This document shows positions 38,165-47,207 of a stretch of DNA of 63,133 bases, in pieces. Where the stretch lies: NCBI GenBank assembly GCA_036729165.1, contig DAIMSQ010000004.1:8125-71257 (forward strand). Reading direction: 5' to 3'. Each line of letters opens with the position of its first letter. Position 1 is the stretch's first letter. The position numbers and the translations under genes were made by a program. The DNA comes from Planctomycetota bacterium (lineage in GTDB: Bacteria; Planctomycetota; Phycisphaerae; UBA1845; Fen-1342). The notes beneath the pieces were generated by a model that did not search any database, was not told the origin of the DNA, and worked only from the letters and a program-made list of their open reading frames with translations.

Positions 38165-38245
38165 ATGGTAGGATGGTGGTGGTGGCTGACTTGGGCCGGC
38201 GTCATCCTATTTGTTGCGGCCCTGCTCGCCGGTCAGAACGTCTGA
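38165..38245 (+). CDS. micropeptide c, 26 aa, single TM: MVGWWWWLTWAGVILFVAALLAGQNV
   Basis: GAAGGAGG SD 6-7 nt upstream. GC3 is 20/26. Followed by an imperfect hairpin around 38262-38296. Confidence 0.6.
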   Translation: MVGWWWWLTWAGVILFVAALLAGQNV

Positions 38246-38310
38246 TTACTGAGGCGATTTGAAGAGGGCTCGAGGGCTCAATGCCCGTGAGCTCTTTGTG
38301 AGGTGTGCTT

Positions 38311-38394
38311 ATGACTTGGTTGCTGGGTTTGTTGTTTTTCGGCGGCATCGGCCTGATTCTCGGGCTTCTGATCCCGTCGTTGATCCCGGCTTAG
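38311..38394 (+). CDS. micropeptide d, 27 aa, single TM: MTWLLGLLFFGGIGLILGLLIPSLIPA
   Basis: GAGGTG SD 6 nt upstream. GC3 is 21/27. Followed by two strong hairpins (38423-38444 and 38453-38487). Confidence 0.5.
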   Translation: MTWLLGLLFFGGIGLILGLLIPSLIPA

Positions 38395-38452
38395 TCTACA
38401 AGCAGTGCTCTTACGCTAATGCGAGCCCCGCAGCCGCGGGGCTCTCCCCAAC

Positions 38453-38497
38453 GCGCCGATCCTCTCCGAACTGGAGAGCATCGGCGCGTTCTATTTT
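38453..38497 (+). terminator. rho-independent-type terminator closing the micropeptide array (convergent with the protease gene)
   Basis: GCGCCGATCCTCTCC-GAACT-GGAGAGCATCGGCGC forms 14 bp with one mismatch, followed by GTTCTATTTT. Confidence 0.65.
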
Positions 38498-38557
38498 GGA
38501 TTGGACGGCCGGCACATCAAAACCCGCGCGGCCAGCTCAGATATCCGCGGACTCCGC

Positions 38558-41500
38558 TTAGTTCTTTCCGCGCTCGTTCTCCAAGCCCATGCCGCTGCGG
38601 TCCGGCGGCGGAGGCGGCGGAGGTTCAATGAACGGGTGCAGCGAGATTTCTTCGAGCATCAGCTCGATCGCGCGATCAAGTTGCGGGTCGCCGCCGTCGA
38701 CCATCCTTGACGGGTCGTCGATCACCTCGATGTCCGGATCAACGCCGTGCCCCTCGATGGCCCACGTGCTGTCCAGGTTGTAGGCGCCGAACGTGGGCAC
38801 GCTCAAGTGCCGCCCGTCGATGAAATCGGGGTTGCCCGAAATCCCGACCAACCCGCCCCAAGTCCGCGTGCCGATCAGCTTGCCCAGACCGACCTGCCGA
38901 AAGTACGCCGGAAAAGCATCACCGCCCGAGCCGGCCAAGCCGTTTATCAGCATGCACTTCGGCCCTTGATGACTTTGTGGCGGCGTGCGACCCGGGCGCC
39001 CGTGGCGCCGCGCCCACATGCTCAAGAGCGGGCGATTCAACAGCTCGATGAACCGATCTGGAATCTGACCGCCGCCGTTCCAGCGGTCGTCGATGATCAG
39101 CGCTTGTTTGAAGCGTTGGCCGTGGAATTGGCGCACCAGTTCGGCCTGCCCGTCGCGCCCGGTGTTGGGAACGTAGATGTAGCCGACTTTGCCACCGCTG
39201 CGCTCATCCACGTAAGCCCGTTTGGCCTCGACCCAGGCGCGATAGCGGAGCGCGCGTTCGCTGGCCAGTAGCTCGACGACAACGTCGCGCGCCTTGTCAT
39301 TCAGCACAGGCTGGTCGCTGACGGTCAGGACAACCGTGCGGCCCGCCAGACCCTGGAAAGCCGCCCACGGATCTTTTCGCGTGTCGAGCGGCAATCCGTT
39401 CACCGCCAATAGGTAATCGCCCTCCTTCACCTCAATGCCGGGCTGGCTCAGCGGTCCGCGGACATCGAGGTCCCACGGCCCACCGGCGTGAATCTTGCTG
39501 ATTCGATAGGCGCCATCCTGCAGCTCGAAATCGACCCCGAGCAACCCCACCGAAACGCGGGGCCCCTGGTCGGGATCGGTAGCGTTGTAGTAGGCGTGCC
39601 CGACGTTCAACTCCGAAATCATCTCCTTGATGATGAAACTCACGTCCTCGCGGCAAATGCAATCATCCAGCATCTTGCCGTATCGTGCCCGGATATCCGG
39701 CCAGTCAATGCCGTGCATGTTGGGCACGTAGAAGAAATCGCGCATGATCCGCCAAGCCTCGCTGAAAACTTCACGCCATTCCTGCCGCGGATCGATGCTC
39801 ACCACCATGCCGCTGGTGGGCATGGGCTTGTCGGTCTTCTGATCCGGCCGAGCCTTGACGATGAACAGCTTGCCGTCCTTGCGAACGAGGATTTTTTTAC
39901 CGTCGGCGCTGAGGCCGAAGCCGCGCACGTCCTTAAGCACGGTCTTCTCTTTCTTCTCGTCGTCCTTGACGTCGAAGATTTTGATGGCCGGCTTCTCGTC
40001 CGAACCGCGCAGCGGACGACGCACGTACAGCAAATGCCCCTCGTCGTTGACCGCGAGGTGGCTGAAATTGCCGGCCGGCACCGGCAATGGAATGGCCCGC
40101 GCCTCGAACCCCTCGAGTTCGATTTCCACGGGCTTGACCTTCTTTTTCTTCTTGCCTTTTTTGCTTTCTGCTTCCCGCTCTTCGGCTTCCTTGGGCTGTT
40201 CGGCCGGCGCGCTGGAGGTTGCCGGCTGCCCGGCGTCGCCCTCCCCCGAGTCATCCTTTTCCGCTTCGCCCGGATCGTCCTTATCTTCTCCGCCGGATTC
40301 GTCCTTTTCGTCTTTCTGTTTCTCCTCCTTCTCCTTCTCCTTCTTTTCCTTCTTCTCGCCCTTCTCCCGGGCCTGGCCCCACTTCTCCTCGTCGCTCTTG
40401 GGCGCCCACGGCGAGCCGACCTCCGCGCGCAGCGGCACCAGGCACAGCATTTCCGTCTTTACATATACCCAGGTGTTGCCCAGCTCAGTGTAGATCGGCG
40501 TATCGACGTTTCGATTCGTGGTGAAGTAGAGATAATCGCCCTCGCGATCGAATGTCGGGCTGGTGCTGTTGAAGAGTGCGCTCGTAAGCTGCCGCTTTTC
40601 GCCGCTCTCCGCGTTGTACAGCCAGATCGTGCTCAGATCGCTGTCGGTCCGTTTGGTGTAAGCGATCCAGCGCGAATCCGGCGACCAACTCGCCTCGGGC
40701 AACCTGGCATCCGGGTCGGTGTCCACCAGCTTCGATTCGTCCTCTTCAATCGCCCGCAGGTACAGGTTGCCGGCGTTGTCGCCGTAGACCACGGACTTCG
40801 CATCCGGCGACCAGAGAATGCCGTAGCGGAAGCCTGGCCCGTGATTCGTCAGCTTGCGCGGCTCGGACTTGCCGTCGGATTGCACCAGGTACAGCTCATT
40901 TTCGTCGGTGGCGTCCGACCAGTACGCGATCCAGCGCCCGTCCGGGCTCCAGCTCGGATAGCGCTCATGCGTGCCCACGCTGCGCGTCAGATTCCGCGGC
41001 GAGCCGTCTCGCGCCGGAGCCGTCCAGATGTCGCCGCGTGCTTCCATCACGGCCCGCTTACCGCTCGGCGAAATCGCAATGCTGCGAATGTCGCTGCTCA
41101 CATCGATGAGCTGTGGCCGAATCTTCGGCCGATCGCCGGGAATCGTGACGTCGACCGCGCGGCTCTGGCCGCTGGCCAGGTTGAGCAGATACAGCTCCGT
41201 GCCGTTCTGAAAAACAATCTCGCCCTCACCGTTCGGGCCGGGCCCGATCGCCGGCCACTTGATGTCGAACTCTGCGAATTTCGTGATCTGCCGGCGTTCT
41301 TTGCTGACCCGGTCGTACGACCAGATGTTGAGGCGGTGTTCCGGGCCCGCGTCGGACATGTAGTACAGCATGTTGCCGTGCCACATCGGCTGCGAGTCGG
41401 TGCCCGCCCAGCAGGTGATGCACTCCGCGCGGTGGTCCTTCAAGTTGAACAGCCAGATGTCAGTCGCCATGCCGCCGCAATAACGCTTCCACGTGCGGTT

Positions 41501-42052
41501 ATCCGTGGTGTGCAGGGTGTACGCCAGCCACTCGCCGTCGGGGCTGATGGCCGCGTTCGCCCCATAGGGCACGGGCAGTTTCTCGGGCAAGCCGCCGTTG
41601 GAGGCGACCGTGAAGAGCTGTGCCATGCGCGCGAAGGGCGCCTGGGCGTTCGAGAAGAATATCAGCCGGCCGTCCGGAGAAAAGTCGCACAGATTCTCGG
41701 TCGCCGGGTGGTGCGTCACACGAAAGGGCACGCCGCCGGTCACCGGCAACGTGTACAGATCGGTATTGCCGTCATAGTTGGCCATGAACGCGATCGTCTG
41801 CCCGTCGCTGCTGAAGCGCGGAAACGACTCCACGCCGGCCGGACTGGACAAGGGATGGGCCATGCCGCCGTCGCGCGGCACGACCCACAGGTCATTCGCA
41901 TAAGAAAACACGATGTGCGTGGCACTCACGTCTGGGTTGACGAGCATCCCCGCGTGTGGCCGCACGTCCCCGCGTGCGGCGTGCATCCCCAGCCCCGCCG
42001 TCCAAACCAGCGTTACCACAAGCGACATCCCCCGCACGCTGCACCCGCGCAT
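38558..42052 (-). CDS. tricorn-protease-like S41 peptidase (TolB-like propellers + PDZ + C-terminal peptidase) with a K/E/D-rich insertion
   Basis: 1164-aa ORF with signal peptide (MSLVVTLVWTAGLGMHAARG). Repeated SPDG.. propeller motifs (FSPDGRLIFF, ISPDGEWLAY, WSPDGRWIAYW, WSPDSRWIAY). S41 core (GSGGDAFP, TWGG). The low-complexity segment is encoded at ~40135-40400. Confidence 0.85.
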   Translation of the reverse strand: MRGCSVRGMSLVVTLVWTAGLGMHAARGDVRPHAGMLVNPDVSATHIVFSYANDLWVVPRDGGMAHPLSSPAGVESFPRFSSDGQTIAFMANYDGNTDLYTLPVTGGVPFRVTHHPATENLCDFSPDGRLIFFSNAQAPFARMAQLFTVASNGGLPEKLPVPYGANAAISPDGEWLAYTLHTTDNRTWKRYCGGMATDIWLFNLKDHRAECITCWAGTDSQPMWHGNMLYYMSDAGPEHRLNIWSYDRVSKERRQITKFAEFDIKWPAIGPGPNGEGEIVFQNGTELYLLNLASGQSRAVDVTIPGDRPKIRPQLIDVSSDIRSIAISPSGKRAVMEARGDIWTAPARDGSPRNLTRSVGTHERYPSWSPDGRWIAYWSDATDENELYLVQSDGKSEPRKLTNHGPGFRYGILWSPDAKSVVYGDNAGNLYLRAIEEDESKLVDTDPDARLPEASWSPDSRWIAYTKRTDSDLSTIWLYNAESGEKRQLTSALFNSTSPTFDREGDYLYFTTNRNVDTPIYTELGNTWVYVKTEMLCLVPLRAEVGSPWAPKSDEEKWGQAREKGEKKEKKEKEKEEKQKDEKDESGGEDKDDPGEAEKDDSGEGDAGQPATSSAPAEQPKEAEEREAESKKGKKKKKVKPVEIELEGFEARAIPLPVPAGNFSHLAVNDEGHLLYVRRPLRGSDEKPAIKIFDVKDDEKKEKTVLKDVRGFGLSADGKKILVRKDGKLFIVKARPDQKTDKPMPTSGMVVSIDPRQEWREVFSEAWRIMRDFFYVPNMHGIDWPDIRARYGKMLDDCICREDVSFIIKEMISELNVGHAYYNATDPDQGPRVSVGLLGVDFELQDGAYRISKIHAGGPWDLDVRGPLSQPGIEVKEGDYLLAVNGLPLDTRKDPWAAFQGLAGRTVVLTVSDQPVLNDKARDVVVELLASERALRYRAWVEAKRAYVDERSGGKVGYIYVPNTGRDGQAELVRQFHGQRFKQALIIDDRWNGGGQIPDRFIELLNRPLLSMWARRHGRPGRTPPQSHQGPKCMLINGLAGSGGDAFPAYFRQVGLGKLIGTRTWGGLVGISGNPDFIDGRHLSVPTFGAYNLDSTWAIEGHGVDPDIEVIDDPSRMVDGGDPQLDRAIELMLEEISLHPFIEPPPPPPPDRSGMGLENERGKN

Positions 42053-42344
42053 AACTCGTCCTCTTCAGAAACCGTCGGTGCGGACCCAACCTACGCAAAC
42101 CTTACACACGTCAACCGTACCTTAACGAAAAAAATGCTGGAGCGCCACCGGCACGACAAGTCTCGACAGCCGGCAGGCGGCGCGGGCTCCGCAGAGGGCG
42201 GGCGCGTTACGGCGGGCGAGATGCTCAAGCGCAGCGTTGGTCTCCGCACACCCGACGATCGCGCAGCACAGAAGCGCAGGGCCGGGCTCCCCACTCCCGT
42301 GTCCCCCCTGCCTCCCTTATCCCCCTGTCCTCTCTCTTTAGGAA

Positions 42345-43313
42345 CTAGAACCACCACGCCGCGCCGGGCTGCTCCTTGATGAGCACGCCCCGCAGATACG
42401 CCACTGCCTTCTCGAAGCCCTCCTGGACGCTCATGTACGCGTCCTCGTGCTCAATGCTGACCACCCCGTCGTAGCCGACGCGCTTCAGCATGCTGATGAA
42501 CGGCTTCCAAAACTCGTCCCCGTGGCCATAGCCGCAGGTGCGGAAAACCCAACTTCGGGCCTTCAGATCGCCGTAGGATTTGGCGTCCAGCGTGCCGTTG
42601 ATGCGCGTGTTGTGCGGGTCGATGCCGGTGTCTTTGCCATGCACGTGGAACAAGCAGCCGGCTTCGCCAAAAACGCGCGCCGCCTCGATCGGATCGATGC
42701 CCTGCCAGAAAAAGTGCGACGGGTCCAGATTGGCCCCCAGGCTCGGCCCGCAGGCGTCGCGCAAGCGCAACAAAGTGTCCGGGTTGTAGACACAGAACCC
42801 GGGGTGCGCCTCAAACGCGATCTTCACCCCTTCATCCGCCGCCTCCCGAGCCTTCTTTTTCCAGAAGGGCACCAAGACCTCGTTCCACTGATACTCCTGA
42901 ATCTTCGTGAAATCCGGCGGCCAGGCGGCGGTAACCCAATTGGGCGTCTTATCGCCGGGCGCGCCGCCCGGGCAGCCGCTGAACGTGATGACCACGTCCG
43001 TGCCCAGTTTCGGCGCCAGGCGAACGGCCGTCTCATGCGCCTTCAAATGCTGCTGCGCAATGGCCGCATCGGGGTGAATCGGGTTGCCATGCACGGCCAG
43101 GCCAGTGATCGCCAGCCCGCGGCGGGCGCAGTCGTCCTTTATCTTCTGCTGTGCGGCCGGTTCGCGCAGCAGTTGCTCGGGATCGAAGAACGGCGTGCCC
43201 GGGTAGCCCCCTACCGGCAGCTCGATGGCTTCCAACCCCAGCGTTTTGCAGTAATCCAGCGCCTTCTCCCACCCCAGGCTGGCCAGTCCCGCCCCCATTA
43301 CGCCCAGTTTCAT
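42345..43313 (-). CDS. sugar phosphate isomerase/epimerase (xylose isomerase-like TIM barrel)
   Basis: 322-aa ORF with typical AP-endonuclease-2/TIM-barrel pattern (GLEAIEL, AFEAHPG, HVHGKD, SIEHED). Confidence 0.75.
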   Translation of the reverse strand: MKLGVMGAGLASLGWEKALDYCKTLGLEAIELPVGGYPGTPFFDPEQLLREPAAQQKIKDDCARRGLAITGLAVHGNPIHPDAAIAQQHLKAHETAVRLAPKLGTDVVITFSGCPGGAPGDKTPNWVTAAWPPDFTKIQEYQWNEVLVPFWKKKAREAADEGVKIAFEAHPGFCVYNPDTLLRLRDACGPSLGANLDPSHFFWQGIDPIEAARVFGEAGCLFHVHGKDTGIDPHNTRINGTLDAKSYGDLKARSWVFRTCGYGHGDEFWKPFISMLKRVGYDGVVSIEHEDAYMSVQEGFEKAVAYLRGVLIKEQPGAAWWF

Positions 43314-43410
43314 CGGATGCTCCTCGTCCTCGAGTAATCGATTTTCACTTAGCGGCCCGGCAGGCTTCTTATCTCCTGTCCTACCCCGTGGACGTACCGC
43401 GTTCGCGGGC

Positions 43411-43695
43411 TTAGGAATCCGGCTCGCACGTCACGTTCAGTTTGCAGCTCGCGAACTGCTCGACATATAGCTCGGCCCGCTCTTTATGCGTGACCAGCAA
43501 CATGCTTGAGCCCGTCTCGTGCGCTTCAAGAGTGCGGGCCACGGCTTCTTCCGTGTTCAGCGGTGTGAGTTTCACGATCGTGCGCACGACGTGGTCGACG
43601 GTATTTACGTCGTCGTTATGTAGGATTACGCGGAACGGCGGCAGCCGCCGGGTCTTCTGGTCTTGCTCAATGGTCGGTTTGATGCTCTCGACCAA
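43411..43695 (-). CDS. clpS: ATP-dependent Clp protease adaptor ClpS
   Basis: 94-aa ORF. PPFRVILHNDDVNTVDHVVRTIVKL...AELYVEQ is the ClpS core. Confidence 0.9.
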   Translation of the reverse strand: MVESIKPTIEQDQKTRRLPPFRVILHNDDVNTVDHVVRTIVKLTPLNTEEAVARTLEAHETGSSMLLVTHKERAELYVEQFASCKLNVTCEPDS

Positions 43696-43830
43696 GATGC
43701 TCTCCCGGGCTGCGGGCGAGTGCGCCAGACAGAATCGCCCGGCATTACCTTCAAGTGCAACGTCGCCCCGGAACCGGCCGCATGCCTAGTGAGGTTATTA
43801 TATCCTCACCCAAATGAACTCAAGTCCCGG

Positions 43831-44409
43831 TCACGCAATCAGACTCCCCTTCTCCATCATCACCAACGGGTCAAAGGTCGCGAAATCCGCCTGGTGAATA
43901 AGAATCGTCTCCAGACACTTCGGCGCCCCTTCGCCTTCCTTCGCGTGGCAGGCGATCGTATTCAAGACCGCCTCATCGCGAATCCCGGCTTCATGCGCCA
44001 AGGCCGTTCCAGAAATTGGATGGCGCAGGCACTTCCCGGCCCGGCTCTTGCGATAACCGCCCTTTCCATCTTTCTCGGTCTCGACCAGCTTGCCCACGTC
44101 GTGCAGCAGCCCCCCCGCCAGCAACCGGTCGTAATCGACGTTGTACGGCAGCTTGGCGTAAGCCGCCTCCTGGGCTTTCGCCAGCCCGTATGCGCCCTCC
44201 GTGACGGCAATCGTATGCTGAATGAAGTTGACGCCGTGGCAATTCGTCAGCAGCGTAAACGGCATCTTTTGGAGTTCGTCCACACTGGTCCACCCGCCGC
44301 GCTCGCAGGCCATCACCCAGGTCTTGACGACCTTGTCGCGCAGCTCGGCGTTGCCAATGCGCCCAAGAACCGATTGAAAAAAGCCACGAATGTCGGATTC
44401 GGTGATCAA
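43831..44409 (-). CDS. HD-domain phosphohydrolase
   Basis: 192-aa ORF. H...HD motif (IQHTIAV, GGLLHDVGKL). Confidence 0.7.
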   Translation of the reverse strand: MITESDIRGFFQSVLGRIGNAELRDKVVKTWVMACERGGWTSVDELQKMPFTLLTNCHGVNFIQHTIAVTEGAYGLAKAQEAAYAKLPYNVDYDRLLAGGLLHDVGKLVETEKDGKGGYRKSRAGKCLRHPISGTALAHEAGIRDEAVLNTIACHAKEGEGAPKCLETILIHQADFATFDPLVMMEKGSLIA

Positions 44410-44849
44410 GTGTCGCTCCTTCCCTTACGGTCAGGTGGTATGGTCGGACTCGGACGAGAGTGGACCAAACACCTCGCTCAATCCACGCTCGCGGGTTGCA
44501 CTACGTTACGTGTGGTATTTTGCCACCAGGCCGCTCGCCGAGCAAACACCACACGCGGGTCGCCGGCGCTTACGTCCGCGTCCAGCGGTGCCGTGGATCG
44601 ACCCTTGCTGCACGTGGTGCCTGTGCTTTCTGAAATTAACGATCGTTGAAACTTGTTTTTTTCGGTGAACAGGCCGTTGCCGCCGTCAGCCGCCGGTTAC
44701 CCAACGAATTCCGCCCAGCCCCGCGCTTGACCCGGCACGGAGCGCCAGCAAACGCCGCCGTCAAGGGGTCCCAAAACCGGGTTCCGACCGGTCCAAAAAA
44801 ACCGCCCGGTTGACCCCCGCCAGGTGCGATAGACCTGTCCTTGGCCCCC

Positions 44850-44878
44850 TTGGCAAGTTTGCCGCACGGGTTTAATAT
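44850..44878 (+). promoter_or_regulatory. sigma-70-like promoter TTGGCA-N17-TAATAT upstream of acpP
   Basis: Read directly, about 170 nt upstream of acpP GTG 45049. Confidence 0.5.
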
Positions 44879-45048
44879 CGCGCTCCGTTGCGGCGACCGC
44901 ATCGCGACCGCCGCGCCTACAATCTTGCCGCCTTAGTTCGGCGGCGTGCACGGGCAACCCGGCTTTATGGTGCCGCCAGCGCCTCAGCTTGGTGTCCCGT
45001 ACATCCAGGGTTGCTTCGGAGTCCCAGTATTCTGGCGGAGGAACCGGC

Positions 45049-45306
45049 GTGCCGGAAATTGCAGAAATCGAAGCCAAGGTCAAGAAGATCGTGGCCGAAC
45101 AGATGGGGGTCCCGGAAAGCGAGATCAGCCGGGACACTTCATTTGTCAATGATTTGAATGCCGACTCGCTCGACACGGTCGAGCTGGTCATGGAATTCGA
45201 GGACGAGTTCGAGATGAGCATCCCCGACGAGGAAGCGGAGAAAATCCAGACCGTCGGGATGGCCATCGATCACATTCACAAATACCTGCAAACCGCCGGC
45301 AAATAA
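45049..45306 (+). CDS. acpP: acyl carrier protein
   Basis: GTG 45049 lies 7 nt after [24 protein letters not shown] contains the phosphopantetheine DSLD motif. Confidence 0.9.
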   Translation: MPEIAEIEAKVKKIVAEQMGVPESEISRDTSFVNDLNADSLDTVELVMEFEDEFEMSIPDEEAEKIQTVGMAIDHIHKYLQTAGK

Positions 45307-45329
45307 CGCCTGGCTCAACGGGTCGTCCG

Positions 45330-46565
45330 ATGCACGAGCGACGCGTCGTCGTCACCGGAATGGGTGCCATTACCCCGCTGGGATGCTCCGTCTCCAGTTT
45401 CTGGGACGGTCTCATCTCCAGCCGGTGCGGCATCCGTACCATCAAGCACTTTGACTGCAGCCGTTTCGATGTCCATTTCGGCGGCGTCTGTGCCGACTTT
45501 GATCCGGCCCGCGAGATCGATCCGCGGCGCATCAAACGCATGGACCGCTTTGCCCAACTGGCCCTCGTTGCTGCGCGCCAGGCCCTTAACGAAGCCGGCC
45601 TGCAGAACAACTTCGATCCGCCGCGGGTCGGCGTTATTCTCGGCACGGGCATCGGCGGCCTGGCAGAAATCGAGGAACAGCACCTGCGGCTGCTACAAAA
45701 AGGCCCCAGCAAAGTCTCGGCCTTCACCATTCCCAAGCTGATGGCCAACGCCGGCTCGGCGACCGTCTCGATTGAGTTCGGTTTCCAGGGCGTCAACGCC
45801 ACCGTCTCGACCGCGTGCGCCTCGGCCGGCAATGCCATGGCCGATGCCTGGCGCAGTCTGCGGCGTGGCGATGCGGACATCATCTTTACCGGTGGCGCCG
45901 AGGCGACCGTCACCCCCCTGGGCATCGCCGCTTTCGCGGCCATGAAGGCCCTCAGCACGCGCAACGACGACCCAGAGCACGCCTCGCGGCCGTTTGACAA
46001 GGACCGCGACGGCTTCATTCTCAGCGAGGGCGCCGGGCTGCTGGTCTTCGAGGAGTACGAGCACGCCCGCAAACGCGGCGCGCCCATTCTTTGCGAAGTC
46101 ATCGGCGCCGGAACGACGGCCGACGCCGGTGATGTCGTCCAGCCTGACCCCGAGGGCCGTGGCGGGGCTCGGGCCATGGCCGAAGCCCTGGCCAGCGCCC
46201 GCCTGAACCCGGAAGACGTTGACTACATCAACGCTCACGGCACCTCCACGATGCTCGGCGACATTGCTGAAACCAAGGCGATCAAAGCGGTGTTCGGGAG
46301 CCGTGCCTATAAAGTGCCGGTCAGCAGCACCAAGAGTGCCGTGGGCCATTTGCTTGGCGCCAGCGGCGGCGTAGAGGCCATCGCTTCGATCATGGCGCTG
46401 CGCAGCAATACGCTGCCCCCGACGATCAACCTCGAGCACCCCGATCCGGAGTGCGACCTGGATTACGTCCCCAACACCGCCCGCGACGCGCGCCTGCAGG
46501 TGGTAATGAGCAACTCCTTCGGTTTTGGCGGACATAACGCCTGCGTGGTTTTCCGGAAGATTTGA
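45330..46565 (+). CDS. fabF: 3-oxoacyl-ACP synthase II
   Basis: 411-aa ORF with active-site ACASAGNA. HGTST and GHLLGASG motifs. Confidence 0.9.
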   Translation: MHERRVVVTGMGAITPLGCSVSSFWDGLISSRCGIRTIKHFDCSRFDVHFGGVCADFDPAREIDPRRIKRMDRFAQLALVAARQALNEAGLQNNFDPPRVGVILGTGIGGLAEIEEQHLRLLQKGPSKVSAFTIPKLMANAGSATVSIEFGFQGVNATVSTACASAGNAMADAWRSLRRGDADIIFTGGAEATVTPLGIAAFAAMKALSTRNDDPEHASRPFDKDRDGFILSEGAGLLVFEEYEHARKRGAPILCEVIGAGTTADAGDVVQPDPEGRGGARAMAEALASARLNPEDVDYINAHGTSTMLGDIAETKAIKAVFGSRAYKVPVSSTKSAVGHLLGASGGVEAIASIMALRSNTLPPTINLEHPDPECDLDYVPNTARDARLQVVMSNSFGFGGHNACVVFRKI

Positions 46566-46616
46566 AACAACAGCTCGGCGCATAGCCCGGCCGGCCGTCG
46601 GTGACGGTCGTCCGGG

Positions 46617-47021
46617 CTATCGCCGCCCCAGCAGTTCCGCCACCTTGTCCAGCAGCTTCTGGGGCGGGATGGGCTTGTCGAAGTACGCGTCGATCGACAT
46701 GGCGGCCAAGTCTTCCCGCGTGCGCGGGCGGAAATCCAGGCCGGCCTGACTCGTGATAGCGGTGGCCATGATGATCGGCACGTCTGCCAAGCGCGGATCC
46801 TGCTTTACCTGCCGGGCCAGCGAGAAACCGGAGTCCAGGTTTGCCATCATCAAGTCCGTGATGATGAGGTCGGGCTTTTCGGTTTGCAGGCGCTGCCAGG
46901 CCGCCTGCGGGTCGGTATCGCACGTTACGCGATAACCTCTCGGCTCCAGGATGTGTCGATTGATCTCGAGGAAATCGAGGTCGTCATCGACCAACAGGAT
47001 CAGCGGAGCGGGTTCAGGCAC
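46617..47021 (-). CDS. single-domain response regulator (CheY-like receiver)
   Basis: 134-aa ORF. LLVDDD start, phospho-acceptor context DLIITDLMM, conserved K (FDKP). Confidence 0.8.
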   Translation of the reverse strand: MPEPAPLILLVDDDLDFLEINRHILEPRGYRVTCDTDPQAAWQRLQTEKPDLIITDLMMANLDSGFSLARQVKQDPRLADVPIIMATAITSQAGLDFRPRTREDLAAMSIDAYFDKPIPPQKLLDKVAELLGRR

Positions 47022-47207
47022 CTATGGCTCCGGACATTAGGCCAGATTTCGCCCGGCGCGCCGGTCGCGGCGACGGCTCGCCGCAGCGAGGTCGCGTCGT
47101 TCCAAACGCCACTGAGCGTGTTTTACCGCGCCCGCGGCAGCGTGCAAACGCCGCGGGGGCGGCCTAAGCCCGCAAGCACCACTGAGGTCGGACCGCCCGC
47201 GCTCCGG

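Noticed and set aside
38165-38245. The WWWW run in micropeptide c could indicate a trp-type leader peptide or attenuator.
   Set aside because: No tryptophan biosynthesis or transport gene lies downstream; the next gene is convergent. The other three paralogues lack tandem Trp codons. Trp at the membrane interface fits a TM anchor.
37688-38561. Track ORFs 37688-37909 (73 aa) and 38259-38561 (100 aa) across the micropeptide locus.
   Set aside because: They have no SD, Arg-rich composition and a lower GC3 signal, and they run through the hairpins. The four short SD-led hydrophobic ORFs explain the locus better.
39488-42379. 963-aa plus-strand ORF, the longest unexplained ORF in the track.
   Set aside because: It is exactly antisense to the tricorn-like protease gene. 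Its composition is Arg/Ala/Pro/Gly/His-rich with no motifs. This is the typical shadow ORF of high-GC coding DNA.
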